A DNA stretch of 64,000 nt from Chiloscyllium plagiosum (taxonomy: Eukaryota), in the NCBI RefSeq assembly GCF_004010195.1, contig NC_057751.1, forward strand, positions 973,968 to 1,037,967. Direction: 5' to 3'. The position numbers and the translations under genes are program-made. A model generated the notes under the pieces. The model did not search any database. It had not been told where the DNA came from and was given only the letters and a program-made list of their open reading frames with translations. Positions within the stretch are counted from its first letter, which is position 1. Each line of letters starts with the position of its first letter. Of this stretch, positions 1 to 12,112 are shown in pieces.

Positions 1-500
1 GGACGCTTTGGAGAGGGTGCAGAGAAGGTTTACGAGGATGTTGCCTGGTATGGTAGATGCTAGCTATGAAGAGAGGTTGAGCAGGTTAGGTTTATTTTCA
101 TTAGAGAAAAGGAGGTTGAGGGGGGATCTGATTGAGGTTTACAGTATCATGAAGGGTATAGACAGGGTGGATAGAGACAAGCTTTTTCCCAGGGTGAAGG
201 ATTCAATAACGAGAGGTCACACTTTCAAGGTGAGAGGTGGAAAGTTTAAGGGGGAGACATGCGGCAAGTACTTCACACAGAAGGTGGTGGGCGTCTGGAA
301 CGCATTGCCAGCAGAGGTGGTAGAGGCAGGCACGGTAGATTCATTTAAGATGGGTCTGGATAAGTGCATTAGTAGGTGGGGAGCAGAGGGTTACAGATGC
401 TTAGGAATTGGGTGACAGATTTAGACAGTGGATTTGGATCAGCTCAGGCTCTTCGGCCCTGTTCCTGGGCTGTATATTTTCTTTGTTTTTTGTTCTCTAT
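1..500 (+). mobile_element. CR1 LINE 3' end (ORF2 C-terminus and 3' UTR)
   Basis: ORF 8..415 reads ERVQRRFTRMLPGM..YEERLSRLGLFSLEKRRLRGDLIEVY..TRGH..FTQKVVGVWNALP, the typical CR1 ORF2 tail. Confidence 0.95.
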
Positions 501-629
501 TTGTGTGTTCAATTTGCCAAATTTTGTTGGATTACAAGAGCTGTTACATTTGTTATCAGTGTCCCATGTGGGACCCTTTCAAAAGCCCTTGCTGAAGTCC
601 AAATGGACAATATCAAAAACATTTCCCTC

Positions 630-1510
630 ATAAGGACATAAGACACAGGAGCAGAAATTAGACATTCAGCCCATCGAGTCTGCTCCCATATTCAGTCATG
701 GCTGATAGGTTTTTCCTGCTTCCTCCCCTTGGTAGTTGAGAACCTCTCTATCTCTGTTTTAAATATGCTCATCTGACACACCTGGTTACCTGTTCAAAAA
801 ATTCAATCAAATTGGTCAGATGTGACCTCCTCTTAACAAAGCCATACTAACTGTTCCTGTTTAATCTGGGCTTCTTCAACTACAGATTATTTCTGACCCC
901 CTCCTCCGCCAGAACTGCTTCCAGTTGTTCCCCAGCAGCCCCCCCCCCCCCACACTGAGGTTAGAATGACTGGCGTACAGCTTCCTGATTTATCTCTTGC
1001 TTCCTCCTTGACGAATGGTACCACATTGTTTAGCGTCCAGTCGCCTGGCACCTCTCCTTTGGTCAGGAATACATTTGGAAACAACTGGAAACCTTTCATT
1101 CTGCTCTCGTGGTTTATCTACTTTTAGACCTGCCAGAGGACTCAGAAGCTGCTGTCTTTTTTATGCTAATTTCTTCAATGTGATCACAGGCCTGATTTCT
1201 ACACCTCCATTGTCTCTTTCACAACATAAAACACAAAGTATTCATTTCAAATTGTACCCACATCCTTCAGTCTGAACAGACCAATGTTATGGTCCTCAGT
1301 GGACCCTATTCTCTCCCTAGTTAACCTTTTACCCTTAATGTACTTGTGAAATAACTTAGGACTTCCCTTTGTTTTGTCTGCCATTACCTTTTTATGCTTC
1401 CTCTTTGCTCTTCTGATTTCCTATTTAAGCTCCCCCTTGCACATTATGTACTTCTCTCAGCCAATGCCAGAAGCCTCCCTTTTTCTCTGTGTCTGATTCT
1501 GTATTATCCT
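630..1510 (-). mobile_element. Degraded CR1 fragments
   Basis: CR1-type tail at ~630-770; minus ORF 887..1099 GEVPGDWTLNNVVPFVKEEARDKSGSCTPVILTSV resembles CR1 GEVPEDWR.ANV.PLFKKG...PGNYRPVSLTSV. Confidence 0.75.
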
Positions 1511-1749
1511 TTCAATATCCAGGGTTTTTAGACAAAAAGTAACAAATCAATTGAAGAGGAGTGTGGAAGTAGAAACAGGTAACTTCTATGGAGGGTCTTG
1601 AGGGGAGAAAGAGAAGCAGAACGATAAGAAAATGGGAACTGTAATTGGAGCCAGAAGAGACAGTGGTGGTACTGGGGAAAGCTGCAGATGGACAGAGAAA
1701 CAGGAGTGGGAAATTCAATGGATGCAATAAGTTCCTGCGGATTGTGGCT

Positions 1750-2745
1750 GAACAAAGAGACCTTGGAGTGCAGGTTCATAGCTCCTTGAAAGTGGAGTCA
1801 CAGGCAGATAGGAGGTGTTTGGTATGCTTTGCTTTTAGATTAGATTACTTACAGTGTGGAAACAGGCCCTTCGGCCCAACAAGTCCACACCGCCCACCGA
1901 AGCGCAACCCACCCATACCCCTACATTTACCTTTTACCTAACACTGCGGGCAATTTAGCATGGCCAATTCACCTGACCTGCACATCTTTGGACTGTGGGA
2001 GGAAACCGGAGCACCCGGAGGAAACCCACGCAGACATGGGGAGAACGTGCAAACTCCACACAGTCAGTCGCCTGAGTCAGGAATTGAACCCATGTCTCTG
2101 GCGCTGTGAGGCAGCAGTGCTAACCACTGGGCCACCATGCCGCTTTATTGGTCAGAGCATCAAGTATAGGAGTTGGGAGGTCATGTTGCGGCTGTGCAGG
2201 GCATCAGTTATGCCACTTTTGGAATCCTGTTCAATTCTGGTTTCCCTCTGATCAGATGAATGTTGTAAAACTTGACAAAGTTCAGAAAAGATTTACAAGG
2301 ATGTTGCCAGGGTTGGGATGTTTGAGCTATAGGGAGAGGCTGAATAGGCTTGGACTATTTTCCCTGGAGTGTCAGAAACTGAGGGGTGACCTTTTTGAGG
2401 GTTATAAAACCATGAGGGGCACGGATAGACTAAATAGACAAGGTCTTTTCCCTGGGGTGGGGAGTCCAGAACTGGAGGGCGTAGGTTTAGGGCCAGAGGG
2501 GAAAGATATAAAAGAGACCTAAGGGGCAACTTTTTCACGCAGAGGGTGGTACGTGTATGGAACGAGCTGCCAGAGGAAGTGGTGGAGGCTGGTACAACTG
2601 CAACACTTAAAAGACATCTGGATGGATATATGAACAGGAAGGGTTGAGAGGGACATGGACCAAATGCTAGTAAGTGGGCCGAGATTAGTTTCGGATATCT
2701 TGTTGGCACAGACAAGTTGTACGTGTGTGACTCTAATATCAATGA
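1750..2745 (+). mobile_element. CR1 LINE 3' portion interrupted by an HE1 SINE
   Basis: EQRDLGVQVHSSLKVESQ before the SINE and KVQKRFTRMLPGLGCLSYRERLNRLGLFSLE after it; near-colinear with the CR1 at 40350-41055. Confidence 0.92.
1836..2143 (-). mobile_element. HE1-type V-SINE (tRNA-derived), full length
   Basis: Minus strand: A box TGGCCCAGTGG, B box GGTTCAATTCC, central GCAGGTCAGGTGAATTGGCCATGCTAAATTGCCC, (AATCT)n tail; GCTTT at 1831-1835 and 2142-2146 is a possible TSD. Confidence 0.9.
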
Positions 2746-2775
2746 CACATAGCTCATTCTGGCATGAAAATGGTG

Positions 2776-3145
2776 TGGAGAAAGTGAGGTCTGCAGATGC
2801 TGGAGATCAGAGCTGAAAATGTGTTGCTGGAAAAGCGCAGCAGGTCAGACAGCATCCAGGGAACAGGAGAATCGACGTTTCGGGCATAAGCCCTTCAAAA
2901 AAAAACAAAGAATCTCGTGCTCCTTGGATGCTGCCTGACCTGCTGCGCTTTTCCAGCAACACATCTTTCAGCTCTGATCTCCAGCATCTGCAGTCCTCAC
3001 TTTCTCCTAGTTGATTTTAACCTACTGCGAATACTCTTGCAAGGATGCCTTCCTTGAAGAAGCTCTCTTCCTCCCTCTACAAGAATTTCAGTGAGTCCCT
3101 CTCAGGACCCTCCAGGTCATCTCCTCTGCCCTGAAGCTCTTCAGC
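2776..3145. mobile_element. Fold-back Penelope-derived element (inverted pLTR pair) with TSD
   Basis: Arms ~2778-2896 and ~2918-3007 are reverse complements; flanks CATGAAAATGGTG (2763-2775) and CATTAAAATGGTG (3146-3158). Confidence 0.85.
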
Positions 3146-3689
3146 CATTAAAATGGTGAGTCATGCGATGATTTATGAGGCATAGAGCTCTGCACACACA
3201 CACAACCATCGATATAATTTGTATATTAAGGTGGTATTTGTGATTAAAATGCTTGAACAAGAGATACTGTCATTAGCTGATTAATTAACAAACTTGTACT
3301 GGAGTAGACAGTTCACTATAATTATTGCAGTGACAGTGAACACTAATAAGGAGATCAAATTGCAACAATTGTCTCTGTAATTAAGCACCTCATCTTCAAA
3401 AGTTACAATGGATTACTGTGGGTGGTTTATCAGGGAGGACTGTAGAAATAATCAATTGGTAGTTCATCCTTCCGATCTCTGCAGTAATGACATCTTAACA
3501 TGCTGCCCTGATTTGACTTGGTGTTACATGGAAAAAGGAGAGCAGATTTGGTTTCACACAAAAACCTAATTTGATTCAATGGGAAAGAGAGATTCCAAAT
3601 AGCTGCTGTGTTTAGTAATGAGAGAGAGGACAAAGTATGTACTGCACAAATCGATATGTTTCTTGTGCAGTGCAGAATAAGCATCCCAT

Positions 3690-4240
3690 TAGTTGCATAC
3701 ACTTGCTGCAAACGATATGTAACATCCGTCATCAGGTCCGAGTGGGGATGCTCTCCAATGTCTGCACAATTTTTAGCACAATTCACAACTCCTCAGATAC
3801 TGAAGCAGCCCATGTTCAAATGAAACAATATCTGGACGAGTGGAAAGTAGCGTTCAAGCCACACAAATGTCAAGCAATGACCATCTCCAATAGGAGACAA
3901 TCTATCCACTGCCCCTTAACATTCAATTGTATTGCCATCACTGAATCCCCCACGATGAACATCCTGGAGGTTACTGTTGACCAGAAGCTCAATTGAACTT
4001 GACACATAAACACAATGCAAGAAGAGCAGGTCAGAGGCGAGGAACACTGCAGCGAGTAACTCACCTCCCAAAGCCTGTCCATCATTCACAAGTCACAAGT
4101 CAGGAGTGTGATGGAATACGCCCCATTAACCTGGATGGGTGCAGCACCAACAACACTCAGGAAGCTCATCACCATCCAGGACAAAGCAGCCCACTTTGGC
4201 ACCACATCCACAAACATCCAGTCCATCCACCGCCAATGCT
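3690..4240 (+). mobile_element. Degraded non-LTR retrotransposon RT C-terminal fragment (CR1/L2 group)
   Basis: DEWKVAFKPHKCQAMTISNRR..ILEVTVDQKLN and MEYAPLTWMGAAPTTLRKLITIQDKAA resemble post-RT LINE motifs. Confidence 0.75.
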
Positions 4241-4968
4241 CAAACCCCATCTCCTTCTTCCCAAACTCTCCCAAACTCCATCCTCCTCTTCCTGAACTTT
4301 CCCAAACCCATCCCCAATTCCCTGAACTCTCCCTATCCCCATCCCCCTATTCCCTGAACACTCCCATCCCCTATTCCCTGAACACTCCCTNNNNNNNNNN
4401 NNNNNNNNNNNNNNNNNNNNNNNNNNNNNNNNNNNNNNNNNNNNNNNNNNNNNNNNNNNNNNNNNNNNNNNNNNNNNNNNNNNNNNNNNNNNNNNNNNNN
4501 NNNNNNNNNNNNNNNNNNNNNNNNNNNNNNNNNNNNNNNNNNNNNNNNNNNNNNNNNNNNNNNNNNNNNNNNNNNNNNNNNNNNNNNNNNNNNNNNNNNN
4601 NNNNNNNNNNNNNNNNNNNNNNNNNNNNNNNNNNNNNNNNNNNNNNNNNNNNNNNNNNNNNNNNNNNNNNNNNNNNNNNNNNNNNNNNNNNNNNNNNNNN
4701 NNNNNNNNNNNNNNNNNNNNNNNNNNNNNNNNNNNNNNNNNNNNNNNNNNNNNNNNNNNNNNNNNNNNNNNNNNNNNNNNNNNNNNNNNNNNNNNNNNNN
4801 NNNNNNNNNNNNNNNNNNNNNNNNNNNNNNNNNNNNNNNNNNNNNNNNNNNNNNNNNNNNNNNNNNNNNNNNNNNNNNNNNNNNNNNNNCCTGAACACTC
4901 CCAAACCCCATCCCCCTATTTCCCTGAACACTCCCAAACTCCGTCCCCCTATTCCCAAACTCTCCCGT
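4240..4968 (+). repeat. C-rich ~23-30 bp tandem repeat (CCCCTATTCCCTGAACACTCCCA-like) spanning the gap
   Basis: The unit recurs on both sides of the N run (4330-4390 and 4890-4965). Confidence 0.8.
4391..4889. other. Assembly gap (499 N)
   Basis: Run of N. Confidence 1.
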
Positions 4969-6059
4969 TAAAACACATTGTCCTATTGATTCAATTCTTG
5001 CTTCAAAATCTTTTTTTTTGTTCCGTTAATGTCCTGTTTGTGCCCATTTCTCTCATTTGCCAATTTTGCCAAGTATCCTGTGTTTGATAACACATATACA
5101 GTCTTTCCTTTCCATTCTTACTTTAAACACTGGCCTGGTTTAAATACTAGTTTGGATCACCTTTAAACTGACAAACTCCCTATCTCACATCGTCTCAGCC
5201 ACCAATCACAATGAGCAATTAACAGCGGTCAGGGGGAGGGCTGATTTGACTTTGCAGCAGAAATGGGGGGCATCACGTGGCCTCATGAAAAGCAAAGGGA
5301 TGAAACTGAGCACAGAGAACATCAGCAAATGATGTAGAGCATACTAGTGCACATTATCAGATTTGTTTGCTACAGTAGATCAGTCATTTTTCAAAGCCTT
5401 TAGCTGTTTAGCTGCTGATTAACTGAGAGGAGTATCAGTGAGCGAGACATCCATCTCCTATTAGTCTTCCTCTGATCTGCGAAGCATTAATTAAGGGGCC
5501 TCAGCAGTACCAGCAGTGAACTTTCAAAGTATCACAGTGGCATTGCTGATTGAGCTGACTGAATCTAGCCAACCCTGTTTGGACGAATCCTGCTTCCCGC
5601 TGGCCCCATGACTAATGATGTGATGAAAGAGAAAGGAAAGGCCAGCAGCTGAGTTCAACTGAGAGTTCCTAGACAGGGAATAATTAAGATACTCTTGTAA
5701 GTATGATTAATAAGCACAAACTGGGAGGGTGCGCAGTAAACAAGGGCTAACCAGCTGGCACTGTGTTTTCTTTTCAAACACAAGACAAAGATTTTGTTTT
5801 GGAAAAGAAGGTACAAATGGGGCTTTCGTTCCCTTTCTGTGTTTCTTGTTCTCTCCCGAGATTTAAAAAAAACTGTTTGAGTTGTAACTTACTTTTAAAT
5901 CAGATGCCTTGAAATTTCATAGACAGCATGTGCCTTGTGGCCCTCATCCTGCTGTCGGTAGAGATCACAGGTTTGTGAGGTGTTGCTGCAGACAATTTCA
6001 CCTGAAAGTGCAGCTTATTGATTGCAGTCCTCCTCCAGGCAAAACCAAACTAACCTTCC

Positions 6060-6372
6060 CAATGTAATACTGAGGGCAATCTGTAATGTCAGAAGTGCAT
6101 TAAATACCCTTTCAAGTGGATGTAATAGATGTCACAGCCATGTTTTGAAAAATAGTCAGTAGCATTTCCCCCAATGCCCTCACCAACATCGATCCTTCAA
6201 CCACTTTATCCCCTTGCTGTTTGTGGAAGCGTGCTGCAGAACTTTGCTACCACACTTTTCACTTTCAAACAATGACTGTTCTTCAAAAAGTACTCTATGG
6301 CCCGTGAAGTGCTTTGGGACGGCCTAAGATTGTGAAGCAGAGCTGGAGAAATGCAGGTTCCATCTTTCTTTC
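6060..6372 (+). mobile_element. Deu-domain SINE (SacSINE1/AmnSINE1-like), old copy
   Basis: TACTGAGGG..GTGGATGTAATAGAT..TTGCTGTTTGTGGAAG..TTCAAAAAGTACT..GTGCTTTGGGACG..AAATGCAGG. Confidence 0.7.
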
Positions 6373-7359
6373 TGACAATGGATAATGCTGGAAGCTTCAA
6401 ATTTCCGGAGGAGTCTTCGAGTTCCAAACAGCTTTCTACTCCAGCTGCACAGGCAGCTTCCAGTTTAGTTATGGAGGAATATTTCTGGAGACTTGTGGAT
6501 CAACTAACAGATCGTGAATTAAATATTCCTTCTTCATTTTCTCATGCAGCATATACATCAATGGAAAACAGGCTCATCAGCCAATTAATTTCTTTCAGAC
6601 GCGCTTACATTTGTCTCAATGGCCCTCATATCATTCATTTGCAGAAATGTTATTGTAAGCACTAATTAAACTCAAATCGTTACTCATTCTAATTAGATGT
6701 AGCTGTAGACACATTCTTTCTAATCCTTTCATGTAAGGGCACAAGCAAGCGAAGGAATGAGTTGGCGACAAAGCATACTGATCAGGAAGGAATGGATTGG
6801 CATGTTGGAAATTCATGCATCAGACAAGATAGATGTCTGGAGCTGAGTAGTCCCAGTTTAAAGGAGCACTTGGGACACTGTTCATGAATAATTGAGGTGT
6901 GAAATGCTTCGAGAAATCAAGTGACTTTGGACCTCTGACTCCCAAAGCTCTGCAGGCAGTGCTGGGGGTTCACACCTTGTGTCTGGGTATGTTGGACACT
7001 AATTGGAGGAGGAAAATTAGAAACCACGCTCGCAATTTATAATATTTTGACAGGGTGCATATAGAGAAGGTGTTCCTCCAGCTGGTGAATCCAGAATCTC
7101 AAAATAAGGGCGAGGCCATTTCGGAGAGGAATTTCTTGACTCAGAGTGTGATGAATCTTTGGAATTTTCAATCATTCAGCATGTTTAATACAGAAACCGA
7201 TGGATTTCTGGAGACAAATAACATGGAGGCCGCAGGGGAAAACAGGGAGCAGCATTGACAGGCCAAATGACCTTCTCCTGGTCGTTTGTGAGAGGCCGGT
7301 GATGAGCATCTGCTTGTTGTGAACCGGAGCAGCATGCATCTTCCAGTGTAATTTTCAAC

Positions 7360-7450
7360 AGTGTGGTGCTGGAAAAGCTCAGCAGATCAGGCACCTCCCG
7401 GAAAGCAGGAGAATTGACGTTTCGGGCAAAAGCCCTTCATCAGGAATGGA
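7360..7450 (-). mobile_element. Penelope pLTR fragment
   Basis: Matches the arms at 2778, 20405 and 23085. Confidence 0.85.
7411..7447 (-). ncRNA. Minimal type I hammerhead ribozyme motif
   Basis: Minus strand attc-CTGATGA-a-GGGC-tttt-GCCC-GAAA-cg-TC-aattc: intact catalytic core, weak stem I. Confidence 0.7.
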
Positions 7451-7844
7451 ATTGAGCTAGTCCTCAACGGAAGATCCTTCAGGGATCTGTGACATACGAC
7501 AGAGTAGTCACGTTTTGTTCAAGTCCTGCCAGAAACAAACATCGTGCGTGGCAAAAGCTCAAACAAGGGGCTGCCGACCTGCCTGCAGCCATCCAATTCT
7601 TTTTCTGTCTCTATCTCTGGGAGATTGAAAAGCCCCTCCTAGTTAAATTAAACAGAATGGTGCAATTCAGTCTTGTTCCCAAATTGTGCACAGAGATAGA
7701 GTCTTCTTCAAAACAGTACTCCAGGATTACCAACTGATTGGCAATGAGGACAGTTTGTACCCTGTGTCGGGTTGGGTTAAAACCTCATGTTCGCTCAATG
7801 AGATATTCTCTTAGTCTGGTTTAATCTGCAGGAATGACTTCATA

Positions 7845-8215
7845 AAATGTGGGCATTGCTGGTAATACCAGCATTTATTTCCCACCCCTAATTTCCCTTC
7901 AGCTGAGTGGCTTGCTTGACTTCTTCAAAGGGCAATTAAGGGTCAATCCCATTACCAAGAGTCTGGAGTCACCTGGAGGCCAGACTGGGTAAGGACAGCA
8001 GACATCCATCTGGAAAGGACATCAGTGAATCAGATGTGTTTTTATGACAATTGATGGTTGTTCTGTTGACATCATGACCAAAACTGTTTTCAAGATTAAT
8101 GAATTGAATTGAAATTCCATTGACCACCACGGCAGGATTTGAACTCGTGACCCTTGGAACATTAATCTGGGCCTCAGGAGGAAATGTCCAGTGATAATGC
8201 AACTGTGTGACATTA
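7845..8215 (-). mobile_element. tRNA-headed SINE (second family)
   Basis: B-box-like GAGTTCAAATCC on the minus strand; body homologous to copies at 15510, 26465, 53965 and 63045. Confidence 0.75.
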
Positions 8216-9371
8216 CCCCCCAATTTTGTTATTCCCCCCCTCCGTGATATCAAATCTCAAAGTCATTCCAGTTGTGTCTCGGTAACCAGTTCCTGCTACT
8301 GGTTTCTTCTGATTGTGGGGAGGTACTGGCCAGTTCTCACAATTGACCCAGAGTCTACAGGAACTGAAAATAAAACTCCAGGAACCGACACCAGGAGCAG
8401 GGAGAGAAATCAGGGGGTTTCGCAAAGGGAGATAGGGCTGGGGATGAGAAGATTTGTATTTACCCACTTTTTTGAAGCCTTTTGTATTTCAGTAACAAAC
8501 CGAGAAAAGACAGTGAAAAAACAGGCTGTCTGATTGAACGGAACAGAACATCTCTGACTTTGGCTTTGGAGGAAAGGTGGGGCAGATTGATGTTGGACCA
8601 GTACTTGGTCTTGGGCAGGGGGTCACAGTGATGGGAGCTGCAGGAATATACCCAGCAGAATTACCAACCCTCTGTTGAATATCTGAATGGATAGAAACAT
8701 TTATTACACTTGAAGGTCACTAATGTGTTTAACATAATAACTGATCGGCTGGGGTTACATGTTTTGGTTTGTTCTCTCTTTGGGACAGCCATTAACAAAG
8801 GGATTAAATAGCCCTGGATAGATCATGTTTGCTGAGATGACAGTGAACGCAGAAAGGTTAGATATTTAGATTTTACAACAAAAACAGAGTATAGGTGCTT
8901 CTATAGATAAGCATGCTGGTGTCCATGAATCTAACATTGTTGTGGTTTGCTGATACTGATGACTTTGAACACAATGAACGGTGGGATCAGGACAGGATTT
9001 TCATGGATGGCTTAGGAACACCTAATATTAGATAATGAGAGAGGGGGCTGGACACTTTCTTGGCACCAGTTAATTCAGGGAGCCCAGTCAGAGAGAGCAG
9101 GCTGACATTGCCAGTGGTTTGAACCCACGCAGGTTCTGGGCCTGATCAGTGAGTGTAATGTGCAGCTTACTCTGTACAATCTCTGATTATGGGCTGGGAG
9201 CTGGTGCGAGGGGAGTATTGGGATTGCTTTGAGAGGGCTACAGCAAGAGAAGTGATAAGAGGACATTGACATGCAATGACAAGAGAAATCATGGAACAAT
9301 AACATTGAGTTTACAAAGTAACCCTTTACAACTGCATTACGCTCCCAAACTGCTTCAGAGGCAATCAGATA

Positions 9372-9660
9372 TTTTCTGAAATGCAGGATCCAATTCACAA
9401 TTGTAAGCTTTTACAACCTGCAGTGTGATATAAGATCAATAGAGCTGGTTTAGTACCAGTGGTTAATGATAAACGTTGTCTCATAAATCATCAAGAACAC
9501 TCCCGCCACCCTCCCATCACTACCTCCTGTTTCTCATTCAACCATGGATATGGGATCTTTTATATCTACTTGAGAGGACAGGCATAGACTAGATTTACAG
9601 CCTCATATAAAAAACACTTCATCTACAACACCATCCTTCAACACGTCCATTCTGAAGGCC
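9372..9660 (-). mobile_element. Deu-domain SINE leading into the minisatellite
   Basis: ATGGGATCTTTTATATCTACTTGAGAGG matches the reverse strand of the SINE body just upstream of its GACAGTGCAGCACTCCCTCAGTACTG motif. Confidence 0.6.
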
Positions 9661-10720
9661 CCTGACCCTCTGACAGTGCAGCACTCCCTCAGTACTGACC
9701 CTCCAACAGTGCAGCACTCCCTCAGCACTGACCCTCTGACAGTGCAGTACTCCCTCAGCACTGACCCTCTGACAGTGCAGCACTCCTTCAGCACTGACCC
9801 GGGACTGTGCGGCACACTCCCACCACTGACCCTCCGAGAGTTGTGAATGCATGGAATGCATTACCAGTTGAAGCAGAGTCATTGGGGACATTTAAGCAAC
9901 TGCTGGACATGGACATGGATAGCAGTGAGTTGAGGGGTTGGTAGGTTAAGTTACTATATTTTACATTCGGATATAGTCTCGGCACATCGTGAGCCTAAGG
10001 GGCTGTTCTGAAGTGTACTTTTCTATGTTCTATGACCCTCCAACAGTGCGGCACTCCCTCAGTACTGACCCTCTGACAGTGCAGCACTCCCTCAGCACTG
10101 ACCCTCGGACAGTGCGGCACTCCCTCAGTACTGACCCTCTGACATTGCATCACTCCCTCAGCACTTACCCTCTGACAGTGCGGCACTCCCTCAGCACTGA
10201 CCCTCTGACAGTGCAGCACTCCCTTAGCACTGACCCTCTGACAGGGTGAGATATAGGGTAAAGCTCTCTCAGCACTGACCCTCTGACATTGCATCACTCC
10301 CTCAGCACTGACCCTCTGACATTGCATCACTCCCTCAGCACTGACCTTCCGACAGTGCAGCACTCCCTCAGCACTGATCCTCTGACAGGGTTAGATATAG
10401 GGTAAAGCTCTCTCAGCACTGACCCTCCGAAAGTGCAGCACTCTCTCAGCACTGACCCTCTGACAGTGCATCACTCCGTCAGCACTGACCCTCCTATAGT
10501 GCTGCACTCCCTCAGTACTGATCCTCTGACAGTGCGGCACTCCCTCAGCATGACACTCTGACAGTGCAGCACTCCCTCAGCACTGACACTTTGACAGTGC
10601 GGCCCTCCCTCAGTACTGATCCTCTGACAGTGCAGCACTCCCTCAGCACTGACCCTCCCTTGGAACTGACCCTCCGAAGCTGCAGCACTCCCTCAGCACT
10701 GATATGCTGACAATGTGGCT
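9661..10720 (+). repeat. 33-bp minisatellite (CTGACCCTCTGACAGTGCAGCACTCCCTCAGCA)n, interrupted by a CR1 tail
   Basis: Direct tandem units at 9661-9835 and 10032-10710; variant unit AGGGT.AGATATAGGGTAAAGCTCTCTC occurs twice (~10243 and ~10386). Confidence 0.97.
9836..10032 (+). mobile_element. CR1 3' tail inserted in the minisatellite
   Basis: GAGAGTTGTGAATGCATGGAATGCATTACCA (RVVNAWNALP) through the (TTCTATG)n tail. Confidence 0.85.
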
Positions 10721-12044
10721 CTTGTCCAATCAGTAGGGCTCCTCTTTCGGTGCATTCCCCCAATTCAGTAAATGTATCAGCAACTAACTAAGATACTGCT
10801 GATTACTGACGGTCTTGCCAGAATGTTACAGCTAGCACTAGGGCATTTGTAGAAGAGTGAGCAGAGTCCACTCGTCAAGATGCCACAGAGATCTATCAAC
10901 GGCATTTTAAAGGAGAAAAAAATGTAAATAACGTTAACAACATGCAGAGCAGCAATAAATCAGTGGCTTGGAACAAGGAGATGCTGACCTCAGAAATTCC
11001 CAGTAATCCTTCCTGTCAAAGTGAATTTATGAGGGTGATTTTATAGGTCTCTGTGACCTTGCCTGTTTGCCAGGCCGCCAAAGCTAATCCATTCATGTCT
11101 CAGCGCAAGTTAGTTTTGCTGCCTGTGAGAGACAGAGAGAAAGGCACACATTCAGAACTACCTTTCATGATGTCCCAGACTTTTAGCAGTCAATGAAGGG
11201 GTTTGAAGAGTCGTTGCTGTGTCACTGCAGGAAGAATGGCTGCCAACATGCAGACAATGAGCTCCCACAGGAAGCAAAGTGATCGGTATCTAGTGTCAGC
11301 ACGTTGTCTGTGAGACGACTCATTACTGATCCAGGTTTTCTCTCTGAGTATTTTCTGGACAGGAGGGGTACTGGATGCCTTCAGGGGTGAAAACTGTGGT
11401 GTGTTTGTCCCTTTTAGAGCCCCATGGTGCTGGGACCCTGAATGTCTAGTTCTTGTGCTGGCCTGGGCTTGTTACCGTGCAATATCCCACAATCCCTTTA
11501 AGATGTCCGAGCTGCATGCCTCTTCCAGGGAATGCAGGTTGACTGAGGCATGTTTATTCCATGTGGGGTATATTTCCGACTGTTGTGAAGCCATGCAGGA
11601 AGCACAGCCCAAACTCCAGGTCTGTGTCCAACTCTGCCGACTGTTCACAAATCAGGGTTGGAACCGAGACGCTCCCTTGAACTAGGGGAGTCCCGAACTT
11701 ATGGAGATGGCCATGAACGAATGTGAACAGCAATGGTTACCGTGTGTAACCTTGTTAAAATGTTGATGATCACACTCCATTTCAATTTGTTTGGTTGATT
11801 TCATTTGACTGGATTTATTATTGCCACCTGAGAAAATCTTTGTTTTGAGTGTTGTACAGGCAGATCGTAATGTTCGGAGAACATGGGGACATTGCACTGA
11901 GTGAGGAATAGGAAGTTACAGCTGCAAAGAAGGTGCACAAAAAGTAAGATCAACATTAGATTACAAACTTGAGAGGTCTGTTCAGAAGTCTCGTAACAGC
12001 AGGGTTGAGCAGGCTCTGTTGGCACGATGCTTCTATACCGGTTA

Positions 12045-12112
12045 AAACCAAAACAAACTGCAGGTGCTGGAAATCGGAAACAAAAACAGAAATTGCTGGA
12101 AAAGTTCAGCAG
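12045..12112 (-). mobile_element. Penelope pLTR fragment
   Basis: AACTGCAGGTGCTGGAAATC..AAAAACAGAAATTGCTGGAAAAGTTCAGCAG, shared with 13285, 18790 and 41250. Confidence 0.75.

Noticed and set aside
4108..4971. Long ORFs of 287, 192 and 195 aa
   Set aside because: Artefacts of reading through the N gap.
9661..10720. CRISPR-like array
   Set aside because: Units are head-to-tail with no unique spacers, there are no cas genes, and the context is vertebrate.
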